A stretch of DNA of 63,849 nucleotides, counting the filler, from Octopus bimaculoides (taxonomy: Eukaryota): NCBI RefSeq assembly GCF_001194135.2. It is 7 parts of 6 records of this genome, joined end to end, with 100 filler letters (N's around TTAATTAATTAA, not from the genome) between each part and the next. Parts side by side here need not be neighbours in the genome. Positions count along the whole stretch, not along the records: positions 9,486 to 32,134 come from NC_068992.1; positions 32,235 to 42,634 come from NC_068987.1; 5 more parts are not named here. One strand, 5' to 3'. This document shows, in pieces, positions 25,955 to 39,319 of this stretch. Each line of letters starts with the position of its first letter. Positions within the stretch are counted from its first letter, which is position 1. The translations under genes were made by a program, and so were the position numbers. A model generated the notes under the pieces. That model saw nothing but the letters and a program-made list of their open reading frames with translations. It did not search any database and was not told the origin of the DNA.

Positions 25955-26122
25955 TCTGGGGTAAGAAGCTTGCTTCCCAACCACCTGGTTCCGGGTTCAG
26001 TTCCACTACGTGGCACCTTGAGCATCTTCTATAGCTTCAGGCTAACCAAAGCCCTGTGAGTGGATTTGGTAGGCGGAAACTAAAAGAAGCCTTCGTATAT
26101 ATGTGTGTATGCATGCGCGTGA

Positions 26123-26173
<51 letters not shown>

Positions 26174-26400
26174 CGTGCGTGTTTTTGTGTATGTGTTTGT
26201 CTCCTATACCACTTGACAACCAGTGTTGGTGTGTTTACGTCCCTGTAACATAGCGGTTCTGCAAAAAGACCGATAGAATAAGTATCAGGTTTTAAAAATA
26301 AGTACTGGGGTCGAGTCATTCGACTAAAAATTCAGGGCGGTGCCCCAGTATGGCCGTAGTCTAATCACTGAAACAAGTAAAAGATAAAATATAAAAGATA
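25955..26400 (+). mobile_element. SINE family 1, near full length
   Basis: Head, internal (TG)n, 3' domain and aaagataaaat tail. Confidence 0.85.
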
Positions 26401-26431
26401 TGTGCAAATATTACAAATAAAATGCACATAG

Positions 26432-26755
26432 TGAAGACGCATGGCTTAGTGGTTAGTGTTTTCGGCTCATGATCGTAAGGTCAAGAGTTCCATTGCCCAT
26501 CATGCGTTAGGTCTTTGAGCAAGACACTTTATTTCACATTGCTCCAGTGCACTCAGCTGGCAAAAATGGGTAGAATCTGTATTTCAAAGGGCCAGCATTG
26601 TCATACTCTGTATCACGCTGAATCTTTCTGAGATCTACGTTAAGGGTACATGTACCTGTCAAGTACTCAGCCACGTGCACGTTAATTTCACGAGCAGTCT
26701 GTTCTGTTGATCGTATCAGCTGGAACCCACGTCATCGGAACCGACAGGGAGTCAA
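26432..26755 (+). mobile_element. tRNA-headed SINE, family 2
   Basis: gacgcatggcttagtggttag...gtctttgagcaagacactttatttcac... The 3' domain cacgttaatttcacgagcag is shared with 36505-36720 (-) and 56570-56735 (+). Confidence 0.75.
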
Positions 26756-27959
26756 TACATTTAAACTACACTAACTATTCCGGAAAAAAAACAAAATAAG
26801 GGGAACGGCTAGAAGCCAATATTATTTGATAGAACAACATTTCAAAAGCATTATCTCTAAACGTGAGATGAGAATTAAAGTGTTAACATCTGCAAGCACG
26901 CGAGATGACAGTGATATTTGCCGACGCCAGTAAGTAGGTATTATCAGGAATAATCTCTAGAACTGTTGAAATACCAGTAGCATAAATTCATATAAACGTC
27001 GCCTGAACGACTGCACGATATTCCTACACACACGCTTAGACTAAGAATAACATCGAAACGCAATCTAAGTACAGTTCACTAAGCTATATACTATGAGCCT
27101 CATTAAGAAAATACTCTGAAAATGTGATGAAACCTATAAGATGGAAATAATTCTTCCGCGGTGAGAGGTTAAGTGAAATACCGGCAAATATTTATTGAGT
27201 TAGAAAGCTAAAATTCCTTCAGATCAACAAATTACATAGAATATTCAAAACATGAAAATGTAGAATACGTGATCATTTTAATAAATGCTTCCTCATCAGA
27301 ACAAATACTTCACAATCATCCAGAAGAACATCGTTATGCATATCAGAAACATCTTCCAACATACAAACACTTGCAGAATACTTATATATATATATACATA
27401 TATATAAACACACACACACACACACACGTGTATATAGGAATTAAAGGGTAATACATACCATAAACTGTTATACAAGTTCAAAAGGTAAATAAGTTTATTA
27501 CTATCAACTAAAACATCATGAACATAGGAAAAGATAGTTTTCGATCCAATTGCCTACCTAATAAAATGCAGAGTATCATGTCCCTTCAAAATATAAAATA
27601 TATACATGTAATACATTAATTTTAGGAACACCCCAATATAAATACAGTCCAACTGCAGTTTAAAGGGTATCAAACATATCATTCTGCAGAATCAGCTCAA
27701 ACAAAATAGTGAATTTCGATGCATCTATATAAAAATCGCTTATTTATATACATCAATAATTCGGGAGCACATTTATCATGATTAGTGACCTTGATCTTCA
27801 CACGATAACAATGAATGGCACACAAGAACGACTGCGAATTTTTCCGAGATTATCTATGACAGAAAGAAAATTTCATGTAAGTTTATTCGCCGTAGACATC
27901 TCAAACTATTAGGCCCTACCATTGGTCTAGTAGTTATAGGGTTGATGGCCTACTAATTT

Positions 27960-28280
27960 CCAAGCGTGGAGGGGCATGGATCAATAGTCAGCGCGTCGGA
28001 CTCACAAACACGAGGTAGTTAGTTCGATTCCTGGACTGGGCTGTGTATTGTGTTCTTGAGTAAGACACTTTATTTCACATTGCTCCAGTTCACTAAGCTG
28101 TAGAAATTAGTTGCGGCGTCACTGGTGCGAAGCTGTATCGGCCTTTACTTTGGAAAACATCAGCGGTGTGGAGAGGAAAGGCTGGTATTCATGGGAGACT
28201 GCTTGTCTTCCATAAACAACTTTGTCCGAGCTTGTACCTCGGAGGGAAACTCTTTAGGTACAATACCACGTTCATTCATG
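27960..28280 (+). mobile_element. tRNA-headed SINE (family 2-like head, different 3' domain)
   Basis: gttcgattcctgg B-box, then gttcttgagtaagacactttatttcacattgctccag as in 26432-26755. Confidence 0.7.
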
Positions 28281-29601
28281 ACCGAAGGAAGTCTTTAATT
28301 TCCTAGACAAATTGTTGAATAAGTTTGTGGAAAAGGATTGATAACAACATTACAATTACAATCATTCACTATATAGTTAACATTTTAGATTCACCAATGG
28401 CAAATTCCACTCCTATAAAAAGAAAAATTTGTAGTCGACACGCATATTCAACAACTCTGGAACATTCGGTTATTATTTAGAATCTTGTAGATGTCTCAAG
28501 TAGAATAATGTTCAAGCTAACCTCTGACTGAGGTATTTTCAATCACTGTACAAGCAATTAGGATGGTGCAGCAAGAATTTACTTTAGGTAGAAAATTATA
28601 CATGCGTTGTATGAGAATGAATTATATATTTTAGAATTCATGACAAATTGAGTAATACAATGAAAATTAGTCCAGAAGACACATGCACAGGTAATTATAT
28701 TGATTGAACCACCCAACAACACGAATATAACACCCAAAATAACTAAGAATTTATTGTCGCTATTGAGAATTCACTACACACATAGAGACAACACCTGTTT
28801 ACCACCGAAAAATATATACATATATTGCAAATGTAATATTCAACGTAGTTCTCATCATAAGTGATTCATCTGTATCATCGGTAAACCCAACATTCTAATC
28901 TTTTATAGAAAATGTTTAGTCTCTCCTGTTTTGCTCACTTTTTCACAAACTAACTCATTTCACCAAATCTTTGTTCTTGAATGTCGCTTCGTTGGACTGA
29001 ACAGGTGGATGTCAAAGGATAGTTAGTAAACTACTGACCTGTGTAGTTTGGCGATTGCACGATATGTTATTAAAGAGGTGTGTGGTTATTCAGTGTCATA
29101 GTGAATGCAGATTGTTTTTAAATCGGTCTCTTCCTGTTAATGACTTCTCTGATCATGTTAAGCGTTTAAGGACATCGTTCGATGTTCACGTTTCAGAATA
29201 AAAAGATGAATAAGATCTTTGCTAACCCCACAAATAGTTACCATAACTTTCTGTACCGATCGGTTGCTCATATAACTCCTAGGCTATGTATAAGAGGTAA
29301 GATAGCATTCTAGGGTAAACTTTAATTTTGATCATACAAATACGCCCATGCTTCAATTCCTGCTACAAGATTAGAAAAAAATAACGTGCTTTCATTGATT
29401 TCAGACACGTCCAGAAGACATATTTCAACGCAGCTTTCTTTTTAATCGATAGTCTCTCTTTGCACTCACTGTTTGTCTAAATCAATTCGTCCACTCATTG
29501 ACTAGAGCCAGTATTCGTAATTGATAGTTTTTCCACTGCGTAGTGTGGCTTCAATACTAGTTTATCCTTCAAGCTTCATTCATTTGTGTATATTGTCCTA
29601 G

Positions 29602-29736
29602 GCAACAATGTTACCGCGATAAACAATATGTGACCATCTGTGCGAACCGAACAACTTGCACTCCACCATTGCTAAAGCTCAATGAAATACTGCTGCTTCT
29701 AGTTGGAACACATTATTTCCTTGCAAAGAAAAGAAG
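29602..29736 (+). CDS. Candidate symmetric (phase 2-2) exon, unidentified
   Basis: Acceptor tattgtcctAG and donor AAG|GTATGT. The 135 nt have one open frame, QQCYRDKQYVTICANRTTCTPPLLKLNEILLLLVGTHYFLAKKR. Confidence 0.3.
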
Positions 29737-29965
29737 GTATGTTGCCATAAATAAAAATTTAACATGCCGACATTTTAGTTAATAAGACTTACATATATTT
29801 TCCAATTACATTTTGCAAAACAGGTTCAGAGATACCAGAGATATGCGTATAAAGAGGTTTAGACATATATAAAAGCATATATGTATACGTATATAAATGC
29901 ATAAAAGCATATATAAAAGCGTATATGTATACATATATAAATATCTGTGTATATACATGTATATA

Positions 29966-30023
<58 letters not shown>

Positions 30024-30934
30024 GAGAGAAAGACATGAAGAAAGAAAGAAAGAAATAAAAAGACTAAAAAAGAACAAGTGTGACTATGAAGAAGTCAGAG
30101 GTCGTATGTGAGGGAGAAATACATTCATCTACACACAATCATATCTCAGTAAGCAATGTATATAATATTATTATATCGGAAAAACATTGTCTCACACCTG
30201 ATTTACAAAAGCTATTGAATTGCGAGAATTAGAAACCATGTTATATGTTATTGCTTTTTATGTTTTAGAATCGTGAGTAATTTGCTAATATGAAATAAAT
30301 TATTCTTGCTCAAAGGCAATTTATTGTAATATGTTATTAAAAACAGAAACCAGGACTATGGACAGGGCCATACCGGTTCTCTTCTATTTTTGAATAAGTA
30401 ATGAGAATGATCATTGCCCTGTTTGTTACCTTTTCAGAAAATAAACTTCAAGCTAAAATGCAGTTTCGTTTACTTGGGTATATATTAGGAACAGAACCGA
30501 TCAGCTAACAAATCAGCAAAGCCTGTACTGCATGACCGTTCCTGCTGGGTATAGTAATTAAATTTATGAACATAGCGGTCCTAGATAAACAATTTAGAAT
30601 GAAATAGTGGAGTGCTACTGCTTAAAAGCCATCATACGTAAGCCTCATTAAGGCGCATTTAGTGCTGAACAACAAACATTCAATGCTGATTGGAATAGTG
30701 TTCAAAGTTTTTGTTGTCATATTTTATACATGACTTGCTGGTTTCCTTCGTGCAATTACGAGATATGGGTATTAAAAAAAAATTCTCAAATGGTATACAC
30801 AAATCACAATATCGCATGCAAAATCTCTCTCACTCATATTCGCATGCAAATATATAATAGAAATACATATACCATACATATATGTGTGCACGCGCGTGTG
30901 AGTAAATACGTACACATACAATTATATGCATTAG

Positions 30935-30975
<41 letters not shown>

Positions 30976-31158
30976 TATGTACATATACATATATACATAT
31001 GTGTGTTTGTGTGAATTGTATGTGTGGAGATGTGTATATTAGTGAATATGTAGACATCAGAGATGTTTTGTCCCACACAGAAACTGCAGGGGCATCTCAG
31101 ATGTTTTGCAAACTGTTCTAATATCCTTATATACATATATATATATATATATATATAC

Positions 31159-31198
<40 letters not shown>

Positions 31199-32079
31199 NN
31201 NNNNNNNNNNNNNNNNNNNNNNNNNNNNNNNNNNNNNNNNNNNNNNNNNNNNNNNNNNNNNNNNNNNNNNNNNNNNNNNNNNNNNNNNNNNNNNNNNNNN
31301 NNNNNNNNNNNNNNNNNNNNNNNNNNNNNNNNNNNNNNNNNNNNNNNNNNNNNNNNNNNNNNNNNNNNNNNNNNNNNNNNNNNNNNNNNNNNNNNNNNNN
31401 NNNNNNNNNNNNNNNNNNNNNNNNNNNNNNNNNNNNNNNNNNNNNNNNNNNNNNNNNNNNNNNNNNNNNNNNNNNNNNNNNNNNNNNNNNNNNNNNNNNN
31501 NNNNNNNNNNTATATATATATATATATATATATATAAGCAAAGTAGCTAGTTGTTAAATTTCAATAAGAGATGAGAGCAGTAACTATGCTAACAAGTAAA
31601 GTTAATCATCGCATCAATATGGCTATGCAATCTTACTGCTAGCTTAACCCTAGGCAGGTTGTCCGCCAGTTGGTTATAGGTGGAGCACAGCACCTTATAC
31701 ATATATATTTCCAGCAGAGGAGTAAACATTATCAACCAGACTAGCTGGAAACCGAATCGATCTTCCGATCCTGTAGTCTGCTGGAATATGGTAAGGATTC
31801 CCTCCCCTACTGCTAATATATATATATATGTACAGGGTGCACTGCTGCACCTATAACTAGCTGGCGGAAGATCTGCCTGGGATTAAACGAGTAGGAACAT
31901 TGTGCAGCCATATTGATGTGACGATTAATGTTACTTGTCATATACATATGTATATATGCATAGAGAGAATTCACAAAAATACAACAGATCAAGACAGGTG
32001 GTGTAGAAAACAAATTGATGTATTAGTATAACGCTCGGGAATTGCGAAAGTCTTCAATATTTCGAGCCTACGCCCTTCC

Positions 32080-32110
<31 letters not shown>

Positions 32111-32296
32111 ATATATATTATATATATATATATANNNNNNNNNNNNNNNNNNNNNNNNNNNNNNNNNNNNNNNNNNNNTTAATTAATTAANNNNNNNNNN
32201 NNNNNNNNNNNNNNNNNNNNNNNNNNNNNNNNNNGAATTGGCATAAAAGACAGAAAACCAGCCAACTTATTACAGTCTGTTAAAGTCTGTCATACC

Positions 32297-32336
32297 GGCC
32301 ATGACGAAGGGAAATAGCCCTGAAACTCGAGTCGCC
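32297..32336 (+). ncRNA. Minimal type-I hammerhead ribozyme motif with a 1-nt core insertion
   Basis: GGC-C(A)TGACGA-AGGG(aaatag)CCCT-GAA-ACTCGAGT-C-GCC. Stem I GGC/GCC, stem II 4 bp, palindromic stem III ACTCGAGT, GUC cleavage site. Confidence 0.55.
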
Positions 32337-32626
32337 TTTATATATTTATATTTATATATTTATATTTATATATTTATATATTTGATCCTTTATATTGAAC
32401 ACTCAATATTTCATCTACATTCAATACTTTCTTTCATGGTGCCATCCATTTTTATTTTATTTTATTTTATATTATATATTGTATATTCCATATTCTATAC
32501 CTCACATTGGTTCTGCAGGAATATAAATAAAACATAAAAAACAGACAGTGTTGGAACTCTTTTAAACAAAATTATATATATATATATAAGTGTCTATATG
32601 TATATAGATAAATAGATAGATAGATA

Positions 32627-32928
32627 TATGTTAATGTATATATAAAGGAGACCACTAGGTGGACTGTTAACGTGCTAAAAGAAGATCACATGTAATGTGT
32701 CTACTAAGACCGAATTGTTCTCAAAGAAAATTTAGAGAAGTAACAAAAAACGTATACGAGCAAAACAATTATTTATATAATTTTCACTTGTCTTGCCCGC
32801 ATACGTTTTTGTTAATTCGCGAAATTTCCTTTGAGAACAATTCGGTCTTAGTAGACATATTACATGTGATCTTCTTCTAGCACATTAACAGTCCACCTAG
32901 TGGGATCCTTTATATATACATTTACATA
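32627..32928. mobile_element. Foldback MITE / long inverted repeat
   Basis: Arms of about 140 bp (32627-32768 and 32788-32928) are near-perfect reverse complements around a ~19-nt loop, in a TA-rich context. Confidence 0.8.
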
Positions 32929-33052
32929 TACAATAATCTTTTGAGATCACAGATATTTTTTCTGAATCTCCTTCATTATTTTAATGTGCATATTCCCTGG
33001 TATTAAATTGATATTAATTAATATCTAATTTTTCATCCTAGTGTTTTAATTT

Positions 33053-33087
<35 letters not shown>

Positions 33088-33772
33088 TAGATATAGATAA
33101 ACACACACAGACTCAGACATACACATATGTATGTATGTATGTATGTATGTATGAGAGTTTAAAAGGATATATTATCCTGACAGTAACTGTGTTCCCTTTC
33201 AAATCGGTTTCAGATACCCACTAACCACAACGTTCCTTATGTGGTACCCAAGCTAACAATAAGTTGTTGGCCTCTGGTAACTTTTCTCGCTGGGTAGATC
33301 CGAATTTCTTGTTCAGGGCTGCATATGTTCCGTGGTATAAGTAATATTGATAATAATGATAAGGAGAACGGAATCTTTTCACGTCCATAATTTTATTTAA
33401 GAGTTATTTACAGCATCTTTTCGGGACCTACACGTGTTTCGACTGCAGCGACTGCACACTGTTGGATACGCTACCTAGCATTTTCTGCCGTTTCGAAGTA
33501 AAACTGTAAGAATCAACAAACTGAGTGAATAAAGTGTTTAGTGTGAGGTAGGGATGCTGCTGTTATTAGGAATCTTGACCTAATGTTCACCTCTACTAAA
33601 TGTGGTAGGTGACGCGAAACATTCCTATAAATAGGTCAGAGCTGGACTGAATGTTTATGTCGATTTATAATTGATAATAAAAGTTCATTATTCCACTGAT
33701 TTCAAAGAGTATATTCTTAATGTAATATTCTATTTCGTTTGATTTCTTTTTTCTTTTGGTTCTTGGTTTTTC

Positions 33773-34444
33773 GGATCTATTTTAAAACGGAGGCACCAGT
33801 TTTCATTTATGTTTTATGTAGTGTTTTTGGTACCGAAAGACTTTCAAACTTCGTATACTTATCTATTTTGTGTTATAGAACAGAAAAAAATTTTGTATTC
33901 GAATTTATTTCATGTAAAAAATTGTCTTATTTCGATAATTTCTACTAATCACTGACGTCTATTCAGTTGAAAACAGTTAGCGCTGTAACGGTGTATATCG
34001 TATTAATCCCCTAACCCTAACCCTAACCCTAACTAGACTGTTAACCGTAACCGTAACCCTAACCCTAACCCTAAAACTAACCCTAACTCTAGAATCCGAA
34101 CTCTAAAATTGTTACACACATAGATACGCACAGCGTAATTTATTATATAAACAATATATGCGTATAAATTACGATTAAACCCGATGAAATATGTCACAGG
34201 GAATAACATTTTTATGACTGCCCAGCAGTAACTCTATTCAGCTGAATAGACGTCAGTGATTGGTTGAAATTACAGAAATACGACAACTTTAACATGGAAT
34301 AACTTGCGAATTCCTTTTATTTGTTAAGAAGACTAAGAGTAAAAGATGTTTTATATGACACATTCTACCAGTGTCCCAAGTTTCAAAGTGTTTCGTTAGT
34401 GTTTCGTTAAGAAAATACTGGTGCCCCCGTTTAAAAATAGATCC
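33773..34444. mobile_element. Non-autonomous DNA transposon (Merlin-like MITE) with internal telomeric repeats
   Basis: TIRs GGATCTATTTT(A/T)AAACGG(A/G)GGCACCAG at both ends. Perfect 8-bp TSD GGTTTTTC (33765-33772 and 34445-34452). Internal 25-bp inverted pair at 33947-33971 and 34237-34261. (CCCTAA)n at 34009-34086. Confidence 0.85.
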
Positions 34445-34498
34445 GGTTTTTCAATTGTTATTATAATAATTTTTATTATTGTTTAAAGTGTAATGTGT

Positions 34499-34720
34499 TT
34501 ATTTAAATTGTTTAAATATAAATTTTCTTGTATGAAGGCATCTCAGAACATGTTCCTGCCTTGTGTTTATTAGAGTAAATTTAGAAATGAAAATTTGGTA
34601 CATTTCTTCAACGCATAAGTCACATCTCTTACCCCCTATGATATAAGGTTTCACGTTACTAATAATATTCCAGCCTATCGAAAACATTTTGTTACTAGCT
34701 TTCAGCGGCAAAATCGATTT
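34499..34720 (-). mobile_element. Penelope-like GIY-YIG C-terminal fragment
   Basis: FSIGWNIISNVKPYIIGGKRCDLCVEE...LRCLHTRKF, homologous to 14820-15048. Confidence 0.8.
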
Positions 34721-34724
34721 ATCG

Positions 34725-35416
34725 AGGCTAGTTTCTGTGAAAGTTTGTTTGCTGCTGGGGTAAAAAGCCGCCGAAACAGTTGTCATGCTTCAAACAGCTT
34801 ACAAGGACGCTTCAATGAGTAAAAGAGAACTTTACGAGTGGTTTTCCCACTTTAGGAATGGTCAGTTGTCGCTTGAACACCAACCTTACTCAGGGCCTCC
34901 ATCGACCTCCTGAACGACTGAAAATATCACGAAAATTCATGAACTGATCTTGGCGGATCATTGCTGAACAATTGACGAACTTGTTGATATGACGTGTGTT
35001 CTGGAGCTCCTACCAACGAATTTTGAGTGAAGAATTGCGAATGAAAAGTGTTGCAGCAAAATTTGTGCCTCGCTTACGCATAGAAATTCAAAAGCAGTCA
35101 CGACTGAATGTATGTTGTGAGCTGAAATAACAGTTGGAAGTTGATCTCGACTTGTTTTCAAAGGTCATAACAAGTGACGAATTCTGATGCTACGGAATTT
35201 GCAGATATGGAAGAGGTGAAGAAAAAGACGACGGAGACATTAAAAGGAATCACTTTGCAAGAGTTCCAGTACTGCTTCGAACAGTGATAAAACGCGTCTG
35301 GACCAATGCATTGCTTCAAGTGCAGAAAATTTAGAAGACGATAAAAGTGTAAACATGTAGAACTAAGTGAATAAAATAATATTGAAAAATTTTGGTTTAT
35401 TTTGGGTACTTACTTG
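34725..35416 (+). mobile_element. Internally deleted mariner copy, same family as 50110-51332
   Basis: YEWFSHFRNG...QRILSEELRMKSVAAKFVPRL, then FADMEEVKKKTTETLKGITLQEFQYCFEQ. Related 3' TIR followed by TA. Confidence 0.85.
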
Positions 35417-35993
35417 TAGATGATAATTATTAAAACTACCAAATACAGTGTTAGACTAATCATTGTACTGGAAGATGACTGAATAATGATAATCTACATG
35501 GGGCCCTAACTCATATAGGAGTAGTCATACATCTAACTGTACACAGAACAGAATGTATGCATGAATGCATGTATGCATATAAGTATGTATGTATGTATGT
35601 ATGTATGTATGTATGTATGCATGCATATATGTATGCATGCATGTATGTATGTATGTATGAAACTGAATTATGAAAAATTCGCGCGTTATTACGGCACACT
35701 TCATTTGAGAATAATACCGTTATCTGATGTGCCGACTGAAATTTCGCAGAGCGATTAAGCAATCCGAGAAATATTCCTAAATCTGTTTAATCGACTGTAA
35801 GCCTTATCTCGAAAATTATCCAGGTGCTAAAATTTATTATTTATAATTACTTTTAGTTTAAAGCATCCAGAAATTGGACTATGGCTAGTCTTATATTTCG
35901 ATACGTGTCCAACCAGTCAGTTTGTTTGTATCTTCACCAAAATATATCTTGCTCTCAATAGGTAATTTGAGATCTTTCGTTTCCTCCTCTGTC

Positions 35994-36035
<42 letters not shown>

Positions 36036-36220
36036 NNNNNNNNNNNNNNNNNNNNNNNNNNNNNNNNNNNNNNNNNNNNNNNNNNNNNNNNNNNNNNNNN
36101 NNNNNNNNNNNNNNNNNNNNNNNNNNNNNNNNNNNNNNNNNNNNNNNNNNNNNNNNNNNNNNNNNNNNNNNNNNNNNNNNNNNNNNNNNNNNNNNNNNNN
36201 NNNNNNNNNNNNNNNNNNNN

Positions 36221-36263
<43 letters not shown>

Positions 36264-36877
36264 TAATATAGACTCTACATGTGATCTAATCAAAGGACTA
36301 AATTTCACTGTGCGATTAAAGATATATAGATTTGACTCTATAAACATATTTATGTATTTCTCTATGATCAGACTCATGATCACCAGTTACGTATTGATGT
36401 ATGTTCCAAACAATTAGCTCTATTCTAACAGAAATATTTCCATTCTGAGATTCAAAAGTAGTACTTATAATATTTGGAAAATAATAATGCTATCATTAGA
36501 AGTATATCTGTCTATATCGTGGCATGCCGTCGGTTACAACGACGAGGGTTCCAGTTGATCCGATCAACGGAACAGCCTGGTAATACACGTGCAAGTGGTT
36601 GAGAACTCCACAGACACTCGTATGCATATACTCGTAACGTAGTTCTCGGGAGAGATTCAGCGTGACACAGAGTGTGACAAGGCTGGGCCTTTGAAATACT
36701 GGTACAACATAAACAGGAAGAAAGAGTGAGAGAAAGTTGTGGTGTAAGAGTACCACCTCCTCCAGCAGGCACCTCTCTCTATATATATACATACATACAT
36801 ACATATACACATATATACATGCATTCATACATACAGACATATATACATACCCATAGTGTATATTTATATATATATGC

Positions 36878-36929
<52 letters not shown>

Positions 36930-38576
36930 NNNNNNNNNNNNNNNNNNNNNNNNNNNNNNNNNNNNNNNNNNNNNNNNNNNNNNNNNNNNNNNNNNNNNNN
37001 NNNNNNNNNNNNNNNNNNNNNNNNNNNNNNNNNNNNNNNNNNNNNNNNNNNNNNNNNNNNNNNNNNNNNNNNNNNNNNNNNNNNNNNNNNNNNNNNNNNN
37101 NNNNNNNNNNNNNNNNNNNNNNNNNNNNNNNNNNNNNNNNNNNNNNNNNNNNNNNNNNNNNNNNNNNNNNNNNNNNNNNNNNNNNNNNNNNNNNNNNNNN
37201 NNNNNNNNNNNNNNNNNNNNNNNNNNNNNNNNNNNNNNNNNNNNNNNNNNNNNNNNNNNNNNNNNNNNNNNNNNNNNNNNNNNNNNNNNNNNNNNNNNNN
37301 NNNNNNNNNNNNNNNNNNNNNNNNNNNNNNNNNNNNNNNNNNNNNNNNNNNNNNNNNNNNNNNNNNNNNNNNNNNNNNNNNNNNNNNNNNNNNNNNNNNN
37401 NNNNNNNNNNNNNNNNNNNNNNNNNNNNNNNNNNNNNNNNNNNNNNNNNNNNNNNNNNNNNNNNNNNNNNNNNNNNNNNNNNNNNNNNNNNNNNNNNNNN
37501 NNNNNNNNNNNNNNNNNNNNNNNNNNNNNNNNNNNNNNNNNNNNNNNNNNNNNNNNNNNNNNNNNNNNNNNNNNNNNNNNNNNNNNNNNNNNNNNNNNNN
37601 NNNNNNNNNNNNNNNNNNNNNNNNNNNNNNNNNNNNNNNNNNNNNNNNNNNNNNNNNNNNNNNNNNNNNNNNNNNNNNNNNNNNNNNNNNNNNNNNNNNN
37701 NNNNNNNNNNNNNNNNNNNNNNNNNNNNNNNNNNNNNNNNNNNNNNNNNNNNNNNNNNNNNNNNNNNNNNNNNNNNNNNNNNNNNNNNNNNNNNNNNNNN
37801 NNNNNNNNNNNNNNNNNNNNNNNNNNNNNNNNNNNNNNNNNNNNNNNNNNNNNNNNNNNNNNNNNNNNNNNNNNNNNNNNNNNNNNNNNNNNNNNNNNNN
37901 NNNNNNTCGAATATTATGATGGATTCCGTTTTGTCAACGTCAACAACGTCGGCAACAATGGCAGAAACATTTAGAAATAAAAAAAAATAAACAAATAAAA
38001 GGAACAAAAAACAAATCTACAAAAACAACAACAACAACATCTCAGTGTTTACGATAAGAAACTGCTAGCCTGGACCAAACAGTTATCAGTTTATCTTAGT
38101 TGTGTTGTTCTATTTGTTATTATTGTTGTTATTGTTGGTGATATTGTCACTTTGTATTTGTTTTGTTGGCGTTGGTGCTGGCACTAATGGAGGTAATATG
38201 CTGTCGTCGTTGTTGCTTTATATGTATCACCAATTCTTAATGATTTATGTTAGGTCGATTTCCTGCATGAAAGCCGGTGCTTATTTACTATTCGTTATCA
38301 TCAGAGACATCGCTGACGTACTAGATTTCACCTGCGTTTTAGTCATGTATTAATTCATTTGTAACCTAACACACCAGATATTTGATTTAGGGGAACAGTG
38401 CGTTTGTCTCAGACGAATAATTCTGCACGTAAAATAGGTTACGTTTTCTTTTACTTAGATTCTTCTTGATTTGACCCAATTCAGGAAGTGTTTCAGAAAT
38501 GTCCTGTTCTATATGTTTTGCAGAAACTATACCAAACGCTTCGTTACTTATTTTAACTATATACATAAGTACATAC

Positions 38577-38611
<35 letters not shown>

Positions 38612-38649
38612 GAGAGAGAGAGAGAGAGATGCATATATATATATATATA

Positions 38650-38795
38650 CGACAGGTTTCTTTCAGTTTTCGTCTCCCAAATCCGACCACAAGGCTCGGC
38701 CCGAGGCTATAGCAGAAGACACTCGCCCAAGGTGCTACCCAGTGGGACCGAATCTGGAATCATGTAGTTGGATAGCAATCTTCTTACCACAAAGC
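38650..38795 (-). mobile_element. SINE family 1 (head)
   Basis: cgacaggtttctttcagttttcg...caaggctcggcccgaggctatagcagaagacactcgcccaagg. Further family 1 heads lie on - at 43060-43205, 45625-45765 and 47140-47280, and on + at 45165-45260. Confidence 0.8.
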
Positions 38796-39319
38796 CACAG
38801 ACAGACTGACAGACAGATTGATAGATAGATAGATGCATACATGCATACATACATACATACATACATACATACATACATACATACATACATGGAGATGTTT
38901 TTAGTAAAGTTTCTTTTATATAAAGCCTCATATAACTAAACACATATATGTCGATATTCAATAATACAATTCAACGCTGTAGTATGTGTGTGTACTACAT
39001 AAGTGATGAGCGTTCCGCTTGGTTACTTTACTATGCAATTCGTTAATAGATTAAGATTTACAGGCGTTGTTATTCAAGGGTAAGCCATATTCTGCATCTG
39101 AGTGACATATTGAAACCTGTTGTATATATGAATAATGAAAGGTTTCCCCCACATATTTTAGATATCCACAAAAGATATTCTATAAAATCTCCCTCATTTA
39201 ACTTATATTTACTACAAAGATTAAAAACTTCGCTTTTGTATTTGGTTTGCAAGATTCTTTATATGAATTCATAGGTTGAAACAAATTTTGTTGTGTCTAC
39301 AGAGAGTCATTATTTCTGT

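Noticed and set aside
33420-33470. Hammerhead 3' half on - strand (GAAAC-ACGT-GTA-GGTCC)
   Set aside because: The CUGANGA core and stem I partner are absent, so it is a relic only. Similar degenerate motifs at 21190-21235, 32040-32080 and 40665-40720 were also rejected.
34009-34086. (CCCTAA)n as a true telomere or fusion scar
   Set aside because: It is short, degenerate and internal to a TIR/TSD-bounded element.
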